Positions 29,110 through 41,886 of a stretch of 64,000 nucleotides of DNA are shown here, piece after piece. The position numbers were made by a program, and so were the translations under genes. Each line of letters starts with the position of its first letter. The first letter of the stretch is position 1. This stretch comes from Chrysomallon squamiferum (lineage: Eukaryota; Animalia; Mollusca), in NCBI GenBank assembly GCA_012295275.1, contig CM022667.1, forward strand, positions 18,042,001 through 18,106,000, given 5' to 3'. The notes beneath the pieces were generated by a model. The model was not told where the DNA came from. It saw nothing but the letters and a program-made list of their open reading frames with translations, and did no database searches.

Positions 29110-29510
29110 ATGATTGACTTTTGTTTTCTATGAAAAGGCTTACAATTCTGTGCAAAAGAGCAACAAGATCCCAAGCTGTTTATAACATTTAAGAAGATAT
29201 TTGTAAACCTCAGAAACCTGCAGCTTAAGGAGAGATGGAGAGAATATCAGTCTCCTTCAGAGATGTACTCCTGAATGTAAACACACTGAACAAATACAAG
29301 AATTGAAACAAGAATTAGCTGATGAAGTGCAAACTGAGGATTGAAAGCAGTCTGGACAAAGATGAAGAAAACAACATCCCAATGTATATCCCCACACTGG
29401 GACAGAGAATGTCACATCTATCTAGGTCAGAGATACAGCACCAGTGACAAAAACAATGACAAAGATTCAAAGACAGATCATGGCTGGCTGGACCATGCTT
29501 GAAGCATTGT
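29110..29510 (+). mobile_element. Decayed RTE-type non-LTR retrotransposon reverse transcriptase fragment
   Basis: Frameshifted pieces FVFYEKAYNSV (cf. FVDYEKAFDSV), QELKQELADE, YLGQRYS, IQRQIMAGW (cf. EIxRRIxAGW) occur in the order expected for an RTE-clade RT. Confidence 0.6.
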
Positions 29511-30013
29511 GAAGCAGATAATAAAATATTTGTATTATACTATGAATAATTAAAAACATTTATTATTTCTAAAAAACAAATTTATTAGTATTAATATTAC
29601 ACTAATACTTGAGACTGATGTGACCAATTTTACACATTTTGATAATGTACAAAATATTTTTAAAATGTGTTTATTTCTAAATAAAAAGTTATAATAATTT
29701 ATATAAGAAATTCCTGACATCAAAAACAGTATTAAAGCATTTATAGAAAAAGAAAGGTATTACAACATTAATAAAAGAAACATGAAGATTTAAATATATA
29801 CAAATGTACTTTTTAAAGTTTCTAACACAGGAATGCTGCCTGCCAAAGAAATGTTATGAGGAATAGGCCTCAATTTCCGAAAATGTATCTTTAAAAAAAT
29901 CAGTCCAAAAGTTGTTATAAAAAAAGGGATTCATGGCAGTGAAAGTTAAATCCAAGAGCATTATTTTCTGTTTTAAATTTCATATAAATGTTGCTTCATT
30001 TTTTTTTTTTTTT

Positions 30014-33000
30014 TCAATTTCTGCCATCTTGTTTCTTCAGTCGCTTTTTGGCTGATTCTAAAGCAGTACCATCCAGGCTGTTCTGTACTCCATCCAAAAC
30101 TGTCTTTATTTCCTCCTGATAGTACATAAAATTACAGTAATTAATAACCAGTCAATAACGATGTTTCAAGTAAATTTCTGTAATTGTTCTGAGACTGCTA
30201 GCTAGAAAACAGTGTCAGTCAAAAGAAGACTTGGTGAAAACATTAAACATTTTTTTTACATTAATTGACACTGTAGTGTGAAAGAGGACATATGCAAGTT
30301 ATTTGGACTTGTATGTTTTATTAACAACATGTAAGATGGCTACATTTTTCTAATACGGGTCACTACAGTGAAAATCAAACAAGTTATACAAAACAGACTA
30401 AGTGTTTTATAAGGTAAAACTCACCTCAGAGAAACGGTAGGACAGTTTACAATTCTTCAAGTTTCTCTTCTTCTGGATATGAGTTAGACCATGATCAAGA
30501 CAATACACTGTGTGATCAGCTTCATTCATCACCTAATTATCCATAGATTGACAAATAGAGAGATAGATAAATAGTTATAGAGATGGATAGATGCATAGAC
30601 ACATAGATAAAGATATGCTGATAGACAGATAGATATATATGTAGATCAAAAGCTGAATATTCCCATATTTATTCATAATTGCACAAAATATATTAGTCCT
30701 AAAAGATGTAGTTATGTTCATTATTTCATTTCCATTACCATGCACAATAAAGAATTTTGAGCAGTTATGCAGTCAATGATCAAAACAGGATTTACAATTA
30801 CTGCACTTGTGTGTTTGGCTGTACTTTAGAAAATATTGTAAAATTGTTAGTTTGTTGAATAAAACCGTCTTGAGAAAAAAATCTTTCTCTCCACAACTTC
30901 AAAAAATTTAAACTTAGATAAGTTAATTGACATTTGTTTTGCTGACAGTTAAATAAGATATAAAATGAAGATTATTGACCAACCATGGATAGAAAACAAA
31001 TTTTCTTGCAGATTTCACAACATTTTACTTCTACAGGTTCTGAAGATTTCTTTCTTGACTGTGGTGATGTTTCTTCAGGAATTGTCAATCGTCGCCATGT
31101 TCGCAGTCCAGCTTCAGAAAGCTGTTTCCTGTGAGATAATTCCTTTTCTCTGACAACAACAAATAGTTATAATTACTCCAACACCTCACACAGTAGAAAC
31201 ACATTATTTATTTATTTATTTAGTTTGATTAAACAGCTCCAGTGAAAATTGTATTTGTAATTCATCACTGCTACTTTTTTATTTAAAAATCAAATGCAAA
31301 AAACCCTGTTTATCATTCAAATTATATTTTGAAAAATATTTAGTAAAGAATTGAACTTTGTCTTACACAGTTTTTTTCATTGGGGGCAGGAGAACTTTTA
31401 GCATTTCTTTGTCAGTGTTTGTGTCCTGAGCCAGATGAAACAAAAGAGCTTCAAATGCAAACAGTTCAGCTTCCTTACTTTTATTGAGATTCTGAAAACA
31501 AAATTGATTTCAACAAGATAATACTTTAACTTGTGGTTCTATTACCTATACATTAAATGGGCTAGATTATTTTGAGCATTAGTTAATAAAAACATTAAAG
31601 AACTGCTGTTCTTTTCAAAACATATTCAATTAAATATCAAAACTGTTATACATTTTATCATTTAAAATTTTATTTTGTACAAATTCTGTCAAATATATCT
31701 AAATATTAAGATACTGAAAACTAATGACAAATAAAAATTAATTGATCTTTAAGTTATATAATGAGTCTGTTTTTTAATTTGTACATTACATGTTAATTAT
31801 AAACAACAATAAAGATGGATAAATTCAGAAATCAGTCCTAAATTAACAAAGTGATAATTTTTAAAATGACTATTGAATATACCAATATGAACACTTTCCA
31901 TTAAGTTAAAAATAAATACCACTTGACTGCTGTTCTTTCAGTGACTATAAAACTCGACTAACCTCTGCTACTTGCAGACCAGTATTAATCCACTGCCTAG
32001 TTGCATAGTGAGCAGACTCTGACACACTGTACCCACAGCAGACAGTCGCAGTGTAAGAGTATGGGAAAACCACTAAAAATTCTTTAGGTCTCTGCACACA
32101 TCGACCTATTGACACTCCTCTCATAGCCAGATGTTTGGGATTTACCTGTTGGAAAATAAAACACCAGTGTCATCAATAACTACAATAATACACTCACTCA
32201 CAGTTTAGTTAAAATTAACAGAAAAAAGCTCCTTGACAGAAAAAAAAGCAATGAAACTATCATAATAAGCATTTTAATCTTAATGAGTTGCTAAGATTTC
32301 CTATTTACCATAGCTGTGTCTTCTTTAAGCCACCGAGGAGAATCACAAACAAGATTAGGAACCAGGTCTGTCATTGCACGTTTGAAATTCTTTTCTTCTT
32401 GTTTAGGAACAGAATACCTATAAAACAGAAATAAGGTGGTAATCAAATATATTCTTCATACAAATATACTGAGAAAAGAATTTTTTAATTTTAATGCATG
32501 AAAGGTTAACTAAAAATTAACACCCAGATATTATATTTTACCCCCACATATTTTATTATATGTATTACAGAAAGAGAAATAAGAAGTAAATTTACCAAAT
32601 AGTAGAAGCACCAGAATGCAAGTATTGCATGTAAGGAAGGTTGTGAGTATCAGAGCACCAACAAGAGGTAGAGAATGTCATTCCTATGTGCATAGTTGGA
32701 ATAGTAACACCTACAAAATATTGAAACAAACATTATCTCATCATACACAAACTGAACAGATCTCTGTAAACTCACAACACTGTGACTGATTTAGAAAATT
32801 CTATATTAGAAAAATCATTGTCTCTCCAAAACTCAAAGATTCTGATTGTATGTGAACAATTATTGATTTTGGGAAAATCATACACTACATGCATTGTATT
32901 AAACAATATTAATTTACCAGTTCACTGTTGTTTAGTTATCATCCAAACAGTCAAATGATTTTTTTAGTTCACCATTTTAAAAGTACAGAGAGCATTAGAA

Positions 33001-33729
33001 TTAATGCTTTGACTTCAGAGATCCTTTTAAAAATAATGTAATTACCTGAAACTGGTCCTAGACAGGTAAGACAGTTCTCATGATGGTGGGAGAGATCAGC
33101 CAAACTCCATGAATGCCTTTAAAATAAAAAAATCCATTAATTTAATTAAATTTCATAAAATTTTGAAAGTAAAACTCTTAAACACTTATAACAAACCAAA
33201 AAAAAAGAAATAAAAAAAAGACCATTTATAGAAACAGTTAAGATAATTTTTAGTCTGTTAAAAATAATTTTTAAAAATCAAAAATGAAATTAAATAATTA
33301 TAGGTATAAAGATAAATCAAGTTATTACTATCGACAGAAAGTTAATATTAAAATACTGTTTACTTTATATAAAGATTATCATCCTATTACAAATGTACCT
33401 TCCTGCAGAGTTATCTTTCTTCAGTGGAGAAGATGGTCCCTGAGAGGCGGTGTTAACATGACCATACTGGACAGCAACATGGTTAGTTCTTTCTTCAACT
33501 ATCTTCCAGTAGTCAGACTAATAAATATATAATTATATACCTATATTTATTTCATTCAACTTTACTGTGCTATTTACAAAGAAAGATCACAGGGTAAATG
33601 GTGTGTACTTACCATGATATTAATACTTTAGAAATTAATATGTTCATGCCAATATACAACTTGGAGTCATGTTGTATTTCATTTTATTAATATAATACTT
33701 TATAAGAGTACATAATGTGAATGTAAGTA

Positions 33730-33760
<31 letters not shown>

Positions 33761-33783
33761 CATACATACATACATACATACAT

Positions 33784-33838
<55 letters not shown>

Positions 33839-36800
33839 TATAGAAATATATTTATATATATAGACAGACCCACACATATTATATTTTAATAAAACAGTTA
33901 AAGTTAACTAGTGGTATAACCAAATTCATGTAAATAACTATCTTCTCTTTTTTTGTTTTATAGGTTTTTAATAATATTGTTTTAAATATTTGTAAAAAAA
34001 AAAAAAAAAAAAAAAAGTGTCCTAATTACAGATACTTTAATAACATTACTACTCTCACCTCAACCTGTTCTGGTGTAGGTTCATCCTTATACCACATAGA
34101 TTGTACATTTCTAGCAACACGGAAAAATGCACTTAATGAATTAGATTTACCCTGAAATAAAAAATTGCGTATTTTTTTTTTTTTATATCTAAAGTATGAA
34201 AAAAAAAAAAAAAATTATATCCTGACTACTCAATAAAATTTCAAGTAAAGATTCCAAAAAAAAAATTAAATCCTAACTACTCATTAAATAACAAAACAAA
34301 ATTTGAATACTGAGTACAGTACTTTTGTGTTAATTTTATTTTTCTTTCTTTTTCTAAACTGAAAGATTATATCATACCAATCCAGAAAATATAAACCAGA
34401 ATAATATTTACTTTGACAATTCCCTCTTCATCTTCCTCTTTAGACTTTTCTCTGCGTTGATGTTCGGCTACAACTGACTGTTCCAGGCGGTGTTTTTCTT
34501 CCAGAGAGAGGGTGTCATATGGCAACAGATGTTTACAGTAAATATCATACAGCTTTGTACACCGGTCTTGAGCCTAATTAAAAATACAGTTACATAAACA
34601 GCCTGTCATATGCATTCTAACAAAAATAAAAATAAACATATCTTTTAATCATTTCCTTTTAACAAGTCCAAAAAAATATTCACTGACATTGGTGACTGAT
34701 TATATGTAATTTAATTCACTGAATAAATTTTGTTTTGTCTCTAATTAATTAATGTAATTTCTTTTTTATGTAGTCTTGATATATGACATGTTTCTGAATT
34801 ATTTATTATTACTAGTTTGGGTATTTTCATTGCATCTGCCACTTTGATCCATTTTTTTTTGTCAACAACATTCTGCATGCCACCAGACTCCTGTATTGTT
34901 TGAGACAGTTTGGATAAATCCACTTCTACCCCACCGATCTGAAAGAAAAAAGAAATATCACTTACTCACACATCCACAAAATTAAACATCTTTTTAAAGC
35001 AAAATAAAATTAATTAGAAGACTGTTAAAAAAACAAATTATTCAAAAATACTCTATTAATAATAATAATTTACTGACAGTAGAAATTTTTTTTTTTCATC
35101 TGTTTGTCAAAATACTGTTAGAAAACCAGTGAAATGTATCTAAGAAGTATTAAAATACAAAATATTACATTTTTGAAAACTACAGAAACAAAAAAGCAAT
35201 GTTAACTCTGAAATACGATGTACAAGTCTTTCCTGTTGTTTATTTTTGTAAATTTTTTGTTTATTTCAACAAAGATACTGATCAATTATTTTCAAGTTAT
35301 ACAAGGATGTGGACTTAAATTAAAAACAAAATGTACCAATGGTGAAGGTTCAACAGCTGCACCAATAATTTGTAAATATTTTCGTATACAAGCTGTATGT
35401 TGTACATTTGGTCCCCATCTGAAAATAAAAATATTTCCATTATTAGTTTGTTGATTCGTTACACTAATAGTCTCTGTTAAAATATATTAAAAAACTTAAT
35501 TTAACTGGTTTTGTAAATAGTATAAAATACAGAAAAAGTTACAATTTTGATTATAATAAAATCAGCAAGAAAGGTAAGTATAATATGTAAGCCAGTTTTA
35601 TCCTTTTACAACTTTACATTTTTTTTAATATTTCAGTTTGAACCCAATAACAATGTTACAGTGGAACCTTGAGTTATGAATGCCTCGAAGCACAAACAAA
35701 TCAGATTACAAACCATAATCTTGGGCAACTTTTGTCTCAGTTTATGAATAATGTCCCGAGTTACAAACTACAGTGACGTGCCATGACTAACTTTATTTTG
35801 ACATTAGTTTTGATGTCAACATCTAGTAAAGATAAGAATAGATGCTGACATCAAAACCAAGGTCAAAGTAAGGATTATAGGCACGTCCTATAGCAAATAT
35901 ATATCATGAATCAGGGTCTTTAGTCTTCACTATGCAACTGCAGCTTAATAGCTTTTGCATTGAGATTGTGTGCTCAAATTTTTTAAAGCATTGCTGCCTT
36001 AATGTGTATATTTTTTTTATTATACCCTATCCAACAATATGGCACCCAAGAAAACAAAAACTGAAAGTGATAATGCTGGTAGAAAGTATAAATGTATCAC
36101 CAAAGAGGTTAAGAAAAAAATAACTGCAAAACATGAGAGTGGCATTCATGTGATGACATCACTTCGGTTTACTAACTGAGTTCTGGAATGAATTAAGGTT
36201 GTAACTAGAGGTTCCACTGTATTTACAAAACAGTTACAAACTACTGACCTTTTGAACAATTTATGAATAAACTGAACTTGGGCTGTAAAACGAATTTCTT
36301 CATTTATCTTAGATTCAACCTGAAATTCATGAAAATTCAAACCAATTCAACCAAAGTTTTTCTCTTAAAATGCAAATTAAAAAAGTAACTACCGCATTAC
36401 TTGGCATCAGGGCAATACATGAACCTTCAACTTAGACATTATTAAAAGACCCCCAAGCTCTATTTGAACTTAATGTGCCATCATCTTCTTTAAATAGTTA
36501 TTATCATCAGCATTATTATAAGTTACAAATTTGTATGAATTAAATGTTAATGATTTAAAATCTGATATTTGACTTAGTTAACTATTTTATACCTTCCAGG
36601 TTGGAGGTGGAATTAATTTACACATTCCATATGGTGCTGCCTCTGACTTGATATGTTCAATGTATGAAATAACATTGCTGAGTTCTTCCTCTGTTGGATA
36701 GAACACTGGAACATCCACAATACGAGCTGGCTGATCCGGTTTAGGAAATGGTTCTAGTATTATACTTTTTTTAGAACCATCAGATGATCTGTCACTTACT

Positions 36801-39800
36801 GAAATAAGAACATTTTTAAATGAGTACAGAGACAACTAGTTAACAAATGAGATCTTAACTAATGCAGTTCAGCTATTAATGTTTATCTGGTGATTCAAGC
36901 AATACATTTTTTTTCAAATATTAATTTACAAAAAATATGCATACTAGAAGATTTTTTGGCTTTCTTAGTTGGTGACTCATTTGTTGATGAACCAGAACTT
37001 TCATTTCGAAGCTTTCTCCTTCTTTCAATAATTTTTGACAACTTGAGCTGGTCCCTCTGTGCAGAAACTTTAACAACTTTCTTCACAACATCCATCTTCT
37101 TTTTCTCACTTAGTTTTTCATTTGACTGAGATTCTTCATTTGAAGTCGATGGTTTCTCCTGCCTGGAACTACGAGTTGTCATGGTTAGTTTAGTTGTCTC
37201 AATTCTTTTTTTACCAGGAACTACAAAAGTTTCATCTTTTCTGTCTTCATCATCAAACAGTTCCCCTTCTTCAGAATCAGACATGATGTAACATGGAGGC
37301 TGTCGTCTTTGCCTCGCCTTCATCGCTGATGTTAACTCCTGTATCCTTGCACTTGATCGACGCACAGGTAAACAACGTCTGTTTGAAACAATTCGTCTTA
37401 ACTTTAAGTTAGAAAATGTTTTCTTTCCATGATAGTGTTTAGACTTTCTTTGTGTATGCCATGATTTCCGTGTGTCCGTTTCTTTCTTCGATTTCTGGTC
37501 TGAAAAATTTGGTTTGTTTCTGCCCTTTGTTGAATTACTTTTCTTTTTACTACTTATTTGCTTCTGCTCACTGTCTGAAGATTTTCTCTCATTCTGCATC
37601 CTTCTCTCCAAGTTATTTTTTCTTCTTAACTCAGCCAAATCAAGCATTTCAAGAGGTGTGTTCTGAAAAATTGCAGGAATCTAGTTCACTGACACTGTAA
37701 ACACTAATATCTATCAGATTTCTTTAAATTCCTAAAGTGATATGTAGATTTTAATTGTTAATTTTTTCTTCTTCTTTTTAAGAAAGAAAAAATAAGTATT
37801 TTATGCTATAAAACAAGAATATTGGCCAGAATAAATGATATTTTTACATTCTTTTTGTGTTTAATTTTCTGAGATCAAACTAAAACAATGATAACTATAA
37901 TATGCTGGTTTCTGTAATGTATTTCATAATAAACCAATATAAAAAAATAAATAAACTAAAGCCTTCTATTATAATACAAATGTCAAATTATTTATGTTTG
38001 TATCTCACTGTACATGTTTAACAGTCATAAGGCAAATGTAGAGATAACAATGCGACAATGGATAAGTGTGAGATTACCTTTGATTTGCCACGAGTGAGTG
38101 GAACATGTTTTTCAGTGTCATCATTTCTAGAGGAATCTGTACTACTTTTACTGGAAGCTTGTGAAGATTTGTGTCGCCCTCTAGAAGACATTTTTGTGAA
38201 ATGAGGAGAAAGACTTTTCATTGCTGAAACTCTTCTAGACATGTGACCTGTTGAAAATCTTCTTTTCTGACCTGGTGATGGAGTCTTGTCTTTATACACA
38301 AGTCTGCCTCGATGTGGTGTGCAGAATCCTTGATGTAAACTGACAATGCCTCGGGCTGTCTCTGGTGTACTGGCACTTGCTCGTGCTGCTTTACGACTTG
38401 CACTAGTACCAGTTCTAGATGCTGGCTACAAACAAAAAATTACAGAAGTTAATAATTTTCTGCTTAAAATGATTCTATTTAATAAGCTTTAAAAAGCTCA
38501 TTTATAGAATACAACACAAACATATATATACAGACACATACATTTTATGTTTCCAATACCATTTTATGTTTCCTGAGACTACTTGAACATGTCATTCCAT
38601 TTCATTTAGTTTCCGTTTCTAATAATGTCTGTCTGCAATAAATCACCCCAAAAATACCTTCCTATTACTTTTCCATGATAATACAAAGATTAAAAACAAT
38701 CAAAAAAAGAACCTGTTGCATAAATTCCTTATTGCAAATAACTTGTAACATTATTACTCACAGAAGACAAATTAGCTACCACATCTATATGACATACAGT
38801 GTGATTTACAGGCGATGGTGTCCTTGTGTCATAAACTTCGTCATCCATGTTGCTGCTAATACTTGATGACTCTGGAGTGCTCTCCCTTGTCAAACCACGT
38901 CCTTTTGAAGCAGCAGATGATTCCTGTTTTTCAGAATGAAGTTCTTCCTGAGATTGCCGTCTTCGAGAGAAGTTGAAAAAATCCAGGTGAGGAGGAAGAA
39001 GTGATGAACCTTTAAGACATGAATTTTGTTTTTGTTAAAACTATTCTGTAATACTCTCCAACATAACAATCATTTTTTATTTTATTATTTATTAATAATG
39101 TATAATAAAGCACAAAAATTGTTTTTTTTAAATGTTACAATAATATAATAAATTAAATTAATAGTATTTACTCTTCATTTTTTAAATGTACATACCACGA
39201 ATGCATAAAAATGTTAAAAAATCTTCAGTTTTTGCTGTTTTGGTAAATATTTTCACAGGTGTAACTTTTTCACTGGTCTTTACTGGTGTTGTACTTGGTG
39301 TACATGGAAGGGAACCTTCGGCAAACTTCCTCTGTGCCCGGACCTTTGCTCTGATGTAAAGATTAAAACTGAACTACAAACATTTGTTTAGGACACAGTT
39401 CTTTACACATATAACAGAAATATAATGTCAGAAACATTTTGTACTAAATATTGATTAATTAGTACTTTATGACATAGTGCATTCAAGCTAATAGCAAAAA
39501 TAAAAAATAACAAAACATTGTTAAAAAATGCAGGGAAACGAAATAGAATAATTTGTATTATTTTCATCATGAACAGCTATGTACACTAAGAAATAACTTC
39601 AAGCAGTAATTATAATTAAACAAATTTCAATTGTCGAATTTCCATTTTAAGCTTATAAACTAAACCCTGTTTCAAGTGAAATAGTTCTGTCAAGCTTCTT
39701 ACTACGTTAAACCTTTAATTAAACTGTTTCTCTGAGTCAGACAGTTCTGTCAGATTTTTCATTTATTTAAACCTTAATTTAAACCTGTAATTTAAACCTA

Positions 39801-40348
39801 CTTCTTCAAGTCAAACAGTTTTGTGGCTTCCTGACTTCTTTCCTCTGTAAAACTTCGAGTAGTTCGGGCTGGACCTATTTTTATTGGAGTGACTGGTGTT
39901 GATGTAGATGTTCTAGGCAGACTGGAACTGACAAGTTTTGTACTTTGTCGTGTTGGATGTGCAACATGAGCTGATTCTGAACTATCAAATGTTTTTGACA
40001 GTCGTCGACTTTCTTGAAGAGAAGCATAAAGTGCTTTTTTCAGTTCACGTTCTTCTTTCCTTGATAAGCCAACTGTGTCATCCTATAAAATGTTTATATT
40101 CATCAACAAACAGTAATTTTTATTATTTATATTATAAATAAATATTACTATTCATGTCATGTTTGGTTTTTGGTTTTTGAATCCATATTTCAAAGCATGA
40201 ATAAATCAGTTTCACTTTAAGAATTACTGGTGTGACTTACATATGTTTTGATGGGGGCACGTCTTTTTGGTCTTCTGCCTGAACTAGGTCCTGACACAGA
40301 CTGACTGCGTCTGCTCATCCCAACAGTGGAAGTGTGTCTTCCAACCAT
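30014..40348 (-). CDS. JARID2: Protein Jumonji / JARID2 (PRC2.2 accessory subunit; JmjN-ARID-JmjC-C5HC2), ~20 coding exons
   Basis: UIM-like [15 protein letters not shown] (exon 40082-39802); VRAQRKFAE and [12 protein letters not shown] (39350-39196); Jmj[20 protein letters not shown]; RWGPNVQ; ARID; Jmj[22 protein letters not shown] and [10 protein letters not shown]; zinc finger [17 protein letters not shown]; stop at 30016-30014. Probable 5' UTR exon ending at 41329. Confidence 0.95.
33730..33862. repeat. Compound (TA)n(TACA)n(CA)n microsatellite
   Basis: Direct reading; JARID2 intron. Confidence 0.9.
35659..36219 (+). mobile_element. pogo/Tigger-like MITE in a JARID2 intron
   Basis: TA|CAGTGGAACCT...AGGTTCCACTG|TA; internal [35 protein letters not shown] (from 36039) resembles the N-terminal HTH of pogo/Tigger transposases. 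Confidence 0.85.
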
Positions 40349-41328
40349 CTTTATCTTCTAACAAATCACCTATAACCTGTTAAAAAGATATCCTTAAAAA
40401 AAAAAAAAAAACCTTATTTTTAAAATAAATATATAAATAAAATCCAATGAACTGCTTTGGATTTCAGTTTATTTACAATCACATACATAAACATATATTA
40501 TTGAAAAAAATAAAAAAAATATTACAGTACTATGAATTATAATCATTAGATCAGTAACAGCTTACAATTTGTATAAACATTAAACAAAGAACCAAGGCTG
40601 GTGTAAGATACTGATCTTCAACATTTAAAGAGTTTAATTTTTTTTAGAAATTGTTTATGATTTACATATATTCAACTTAAAATACTTAATACAGTATTAC
40701 AAAGATTTATCTTTTGTGGACAACATTAAAGAAGTAAAATTATGATGTGTCATAAATTACCAAATTATTTTATTATTTAATACTTTGTAAATCAAAAAAC
40801 TTCAAATAAATCAACACTTGCTTAATAATAATAAAGATAAAAATGTTTTTAAAAAAAGGTGTTTATTTATTTGTTCTTTTCTTTTTCTTTTTTCTTCTAC
40901 TTTTTAAAATTTTATTTATTATTATTATTTATTTATTTATTTATTTATTCATACTTGTTTTCGTTATTATTTTTTAATTTATAAATTATTGTTTTTTGGT
41001 TTTTTAAATTAACACGTTTGGGGTATATTTAATAATTTATGTTCTCCCCTGAAACAAGGCAAGCGTGACTGACTTTGAAGACTGACCACTACTTCTGTTA
41101 TAATGTATTTAGTATTTAGAATACGAAGTTTGTATTAGAACGCTAACTTCAATCTTCAAATGTGATGTTCGCTTTGCTCATGACAAAGTGAAATAATTTA
41201 TTTATTTAAAAATAATAATAATAATAATAAATAAAACAAAATTAAAATTAAAACAAAAGAAGAAAAAGTCTACAAAATAATTTTTAAACGCATCATGTTG
41301 ACCAAAAGGAAAATATCACAAATGTTAC

Positions 41329-41886
41329 CTATTGATTGAAGAGCGTTACTTTGACATATCATTTTCTTTCTGTTATTATCATCTTCTCGAACCTATAAAC
41401 AATGCCATGCAGAAGTGAATGCCTCTACTTCCGTTCAAGAGAACAAAGTAACAGAACGAAATAGTCTCGCTCAGACGAGTTTTATGTTCGATTGCTAAAT
41501 GCAGCAGTAGCAAAGATCTAAGCATGAATTTACATTCTTCTAATAGCATAAAGTAAATATATATTAGTGATAATCATAATGAGGCGGCTATCCCATCAAA
41601 ATATTTTCTCCTGGCACTAATAATCTAATGAATATTTCGTAGTTTTCCATAATTATCATTTTCACAAAACAACGAATAATATGACTGATATTATTAGTAT
41701 TGGGCACTAATCTGTTATGAATAATTGTCAAGTGATTAAATATGAGATTCCACTGGTTACGGTAAAAGCTATATTCATTTGTTTCGTAATTTGTGAAAAC
41801 ATCCTAATGTAATTTCTTTTCTTTTCTTTTGCTGTTTTTTTCATTGGGTCCGATATCACTTCACTGGATCAAGAGTTTACTTACTA
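41329..41886. promoter_or_regulatory. Putative bidirectional promoter and 5' UTRs of JARID2/TMPPE
   Basis: CpG-richer block; ETS motif ACTTCCG 41427-41433; minus-strand donor AG|GTAACA at 41328 could pair with the acceptor at ~40377 upstream of the JARID2 ATG. Confidence 0.55.

Noticed and set aside
36890-37700. Plus-strand ORFs overlapping JARID2 (similarly 3094-3300, 17771-17959, 23277-23468, 26164-26370)
   Set aside because: Antisense shadows of real exons.
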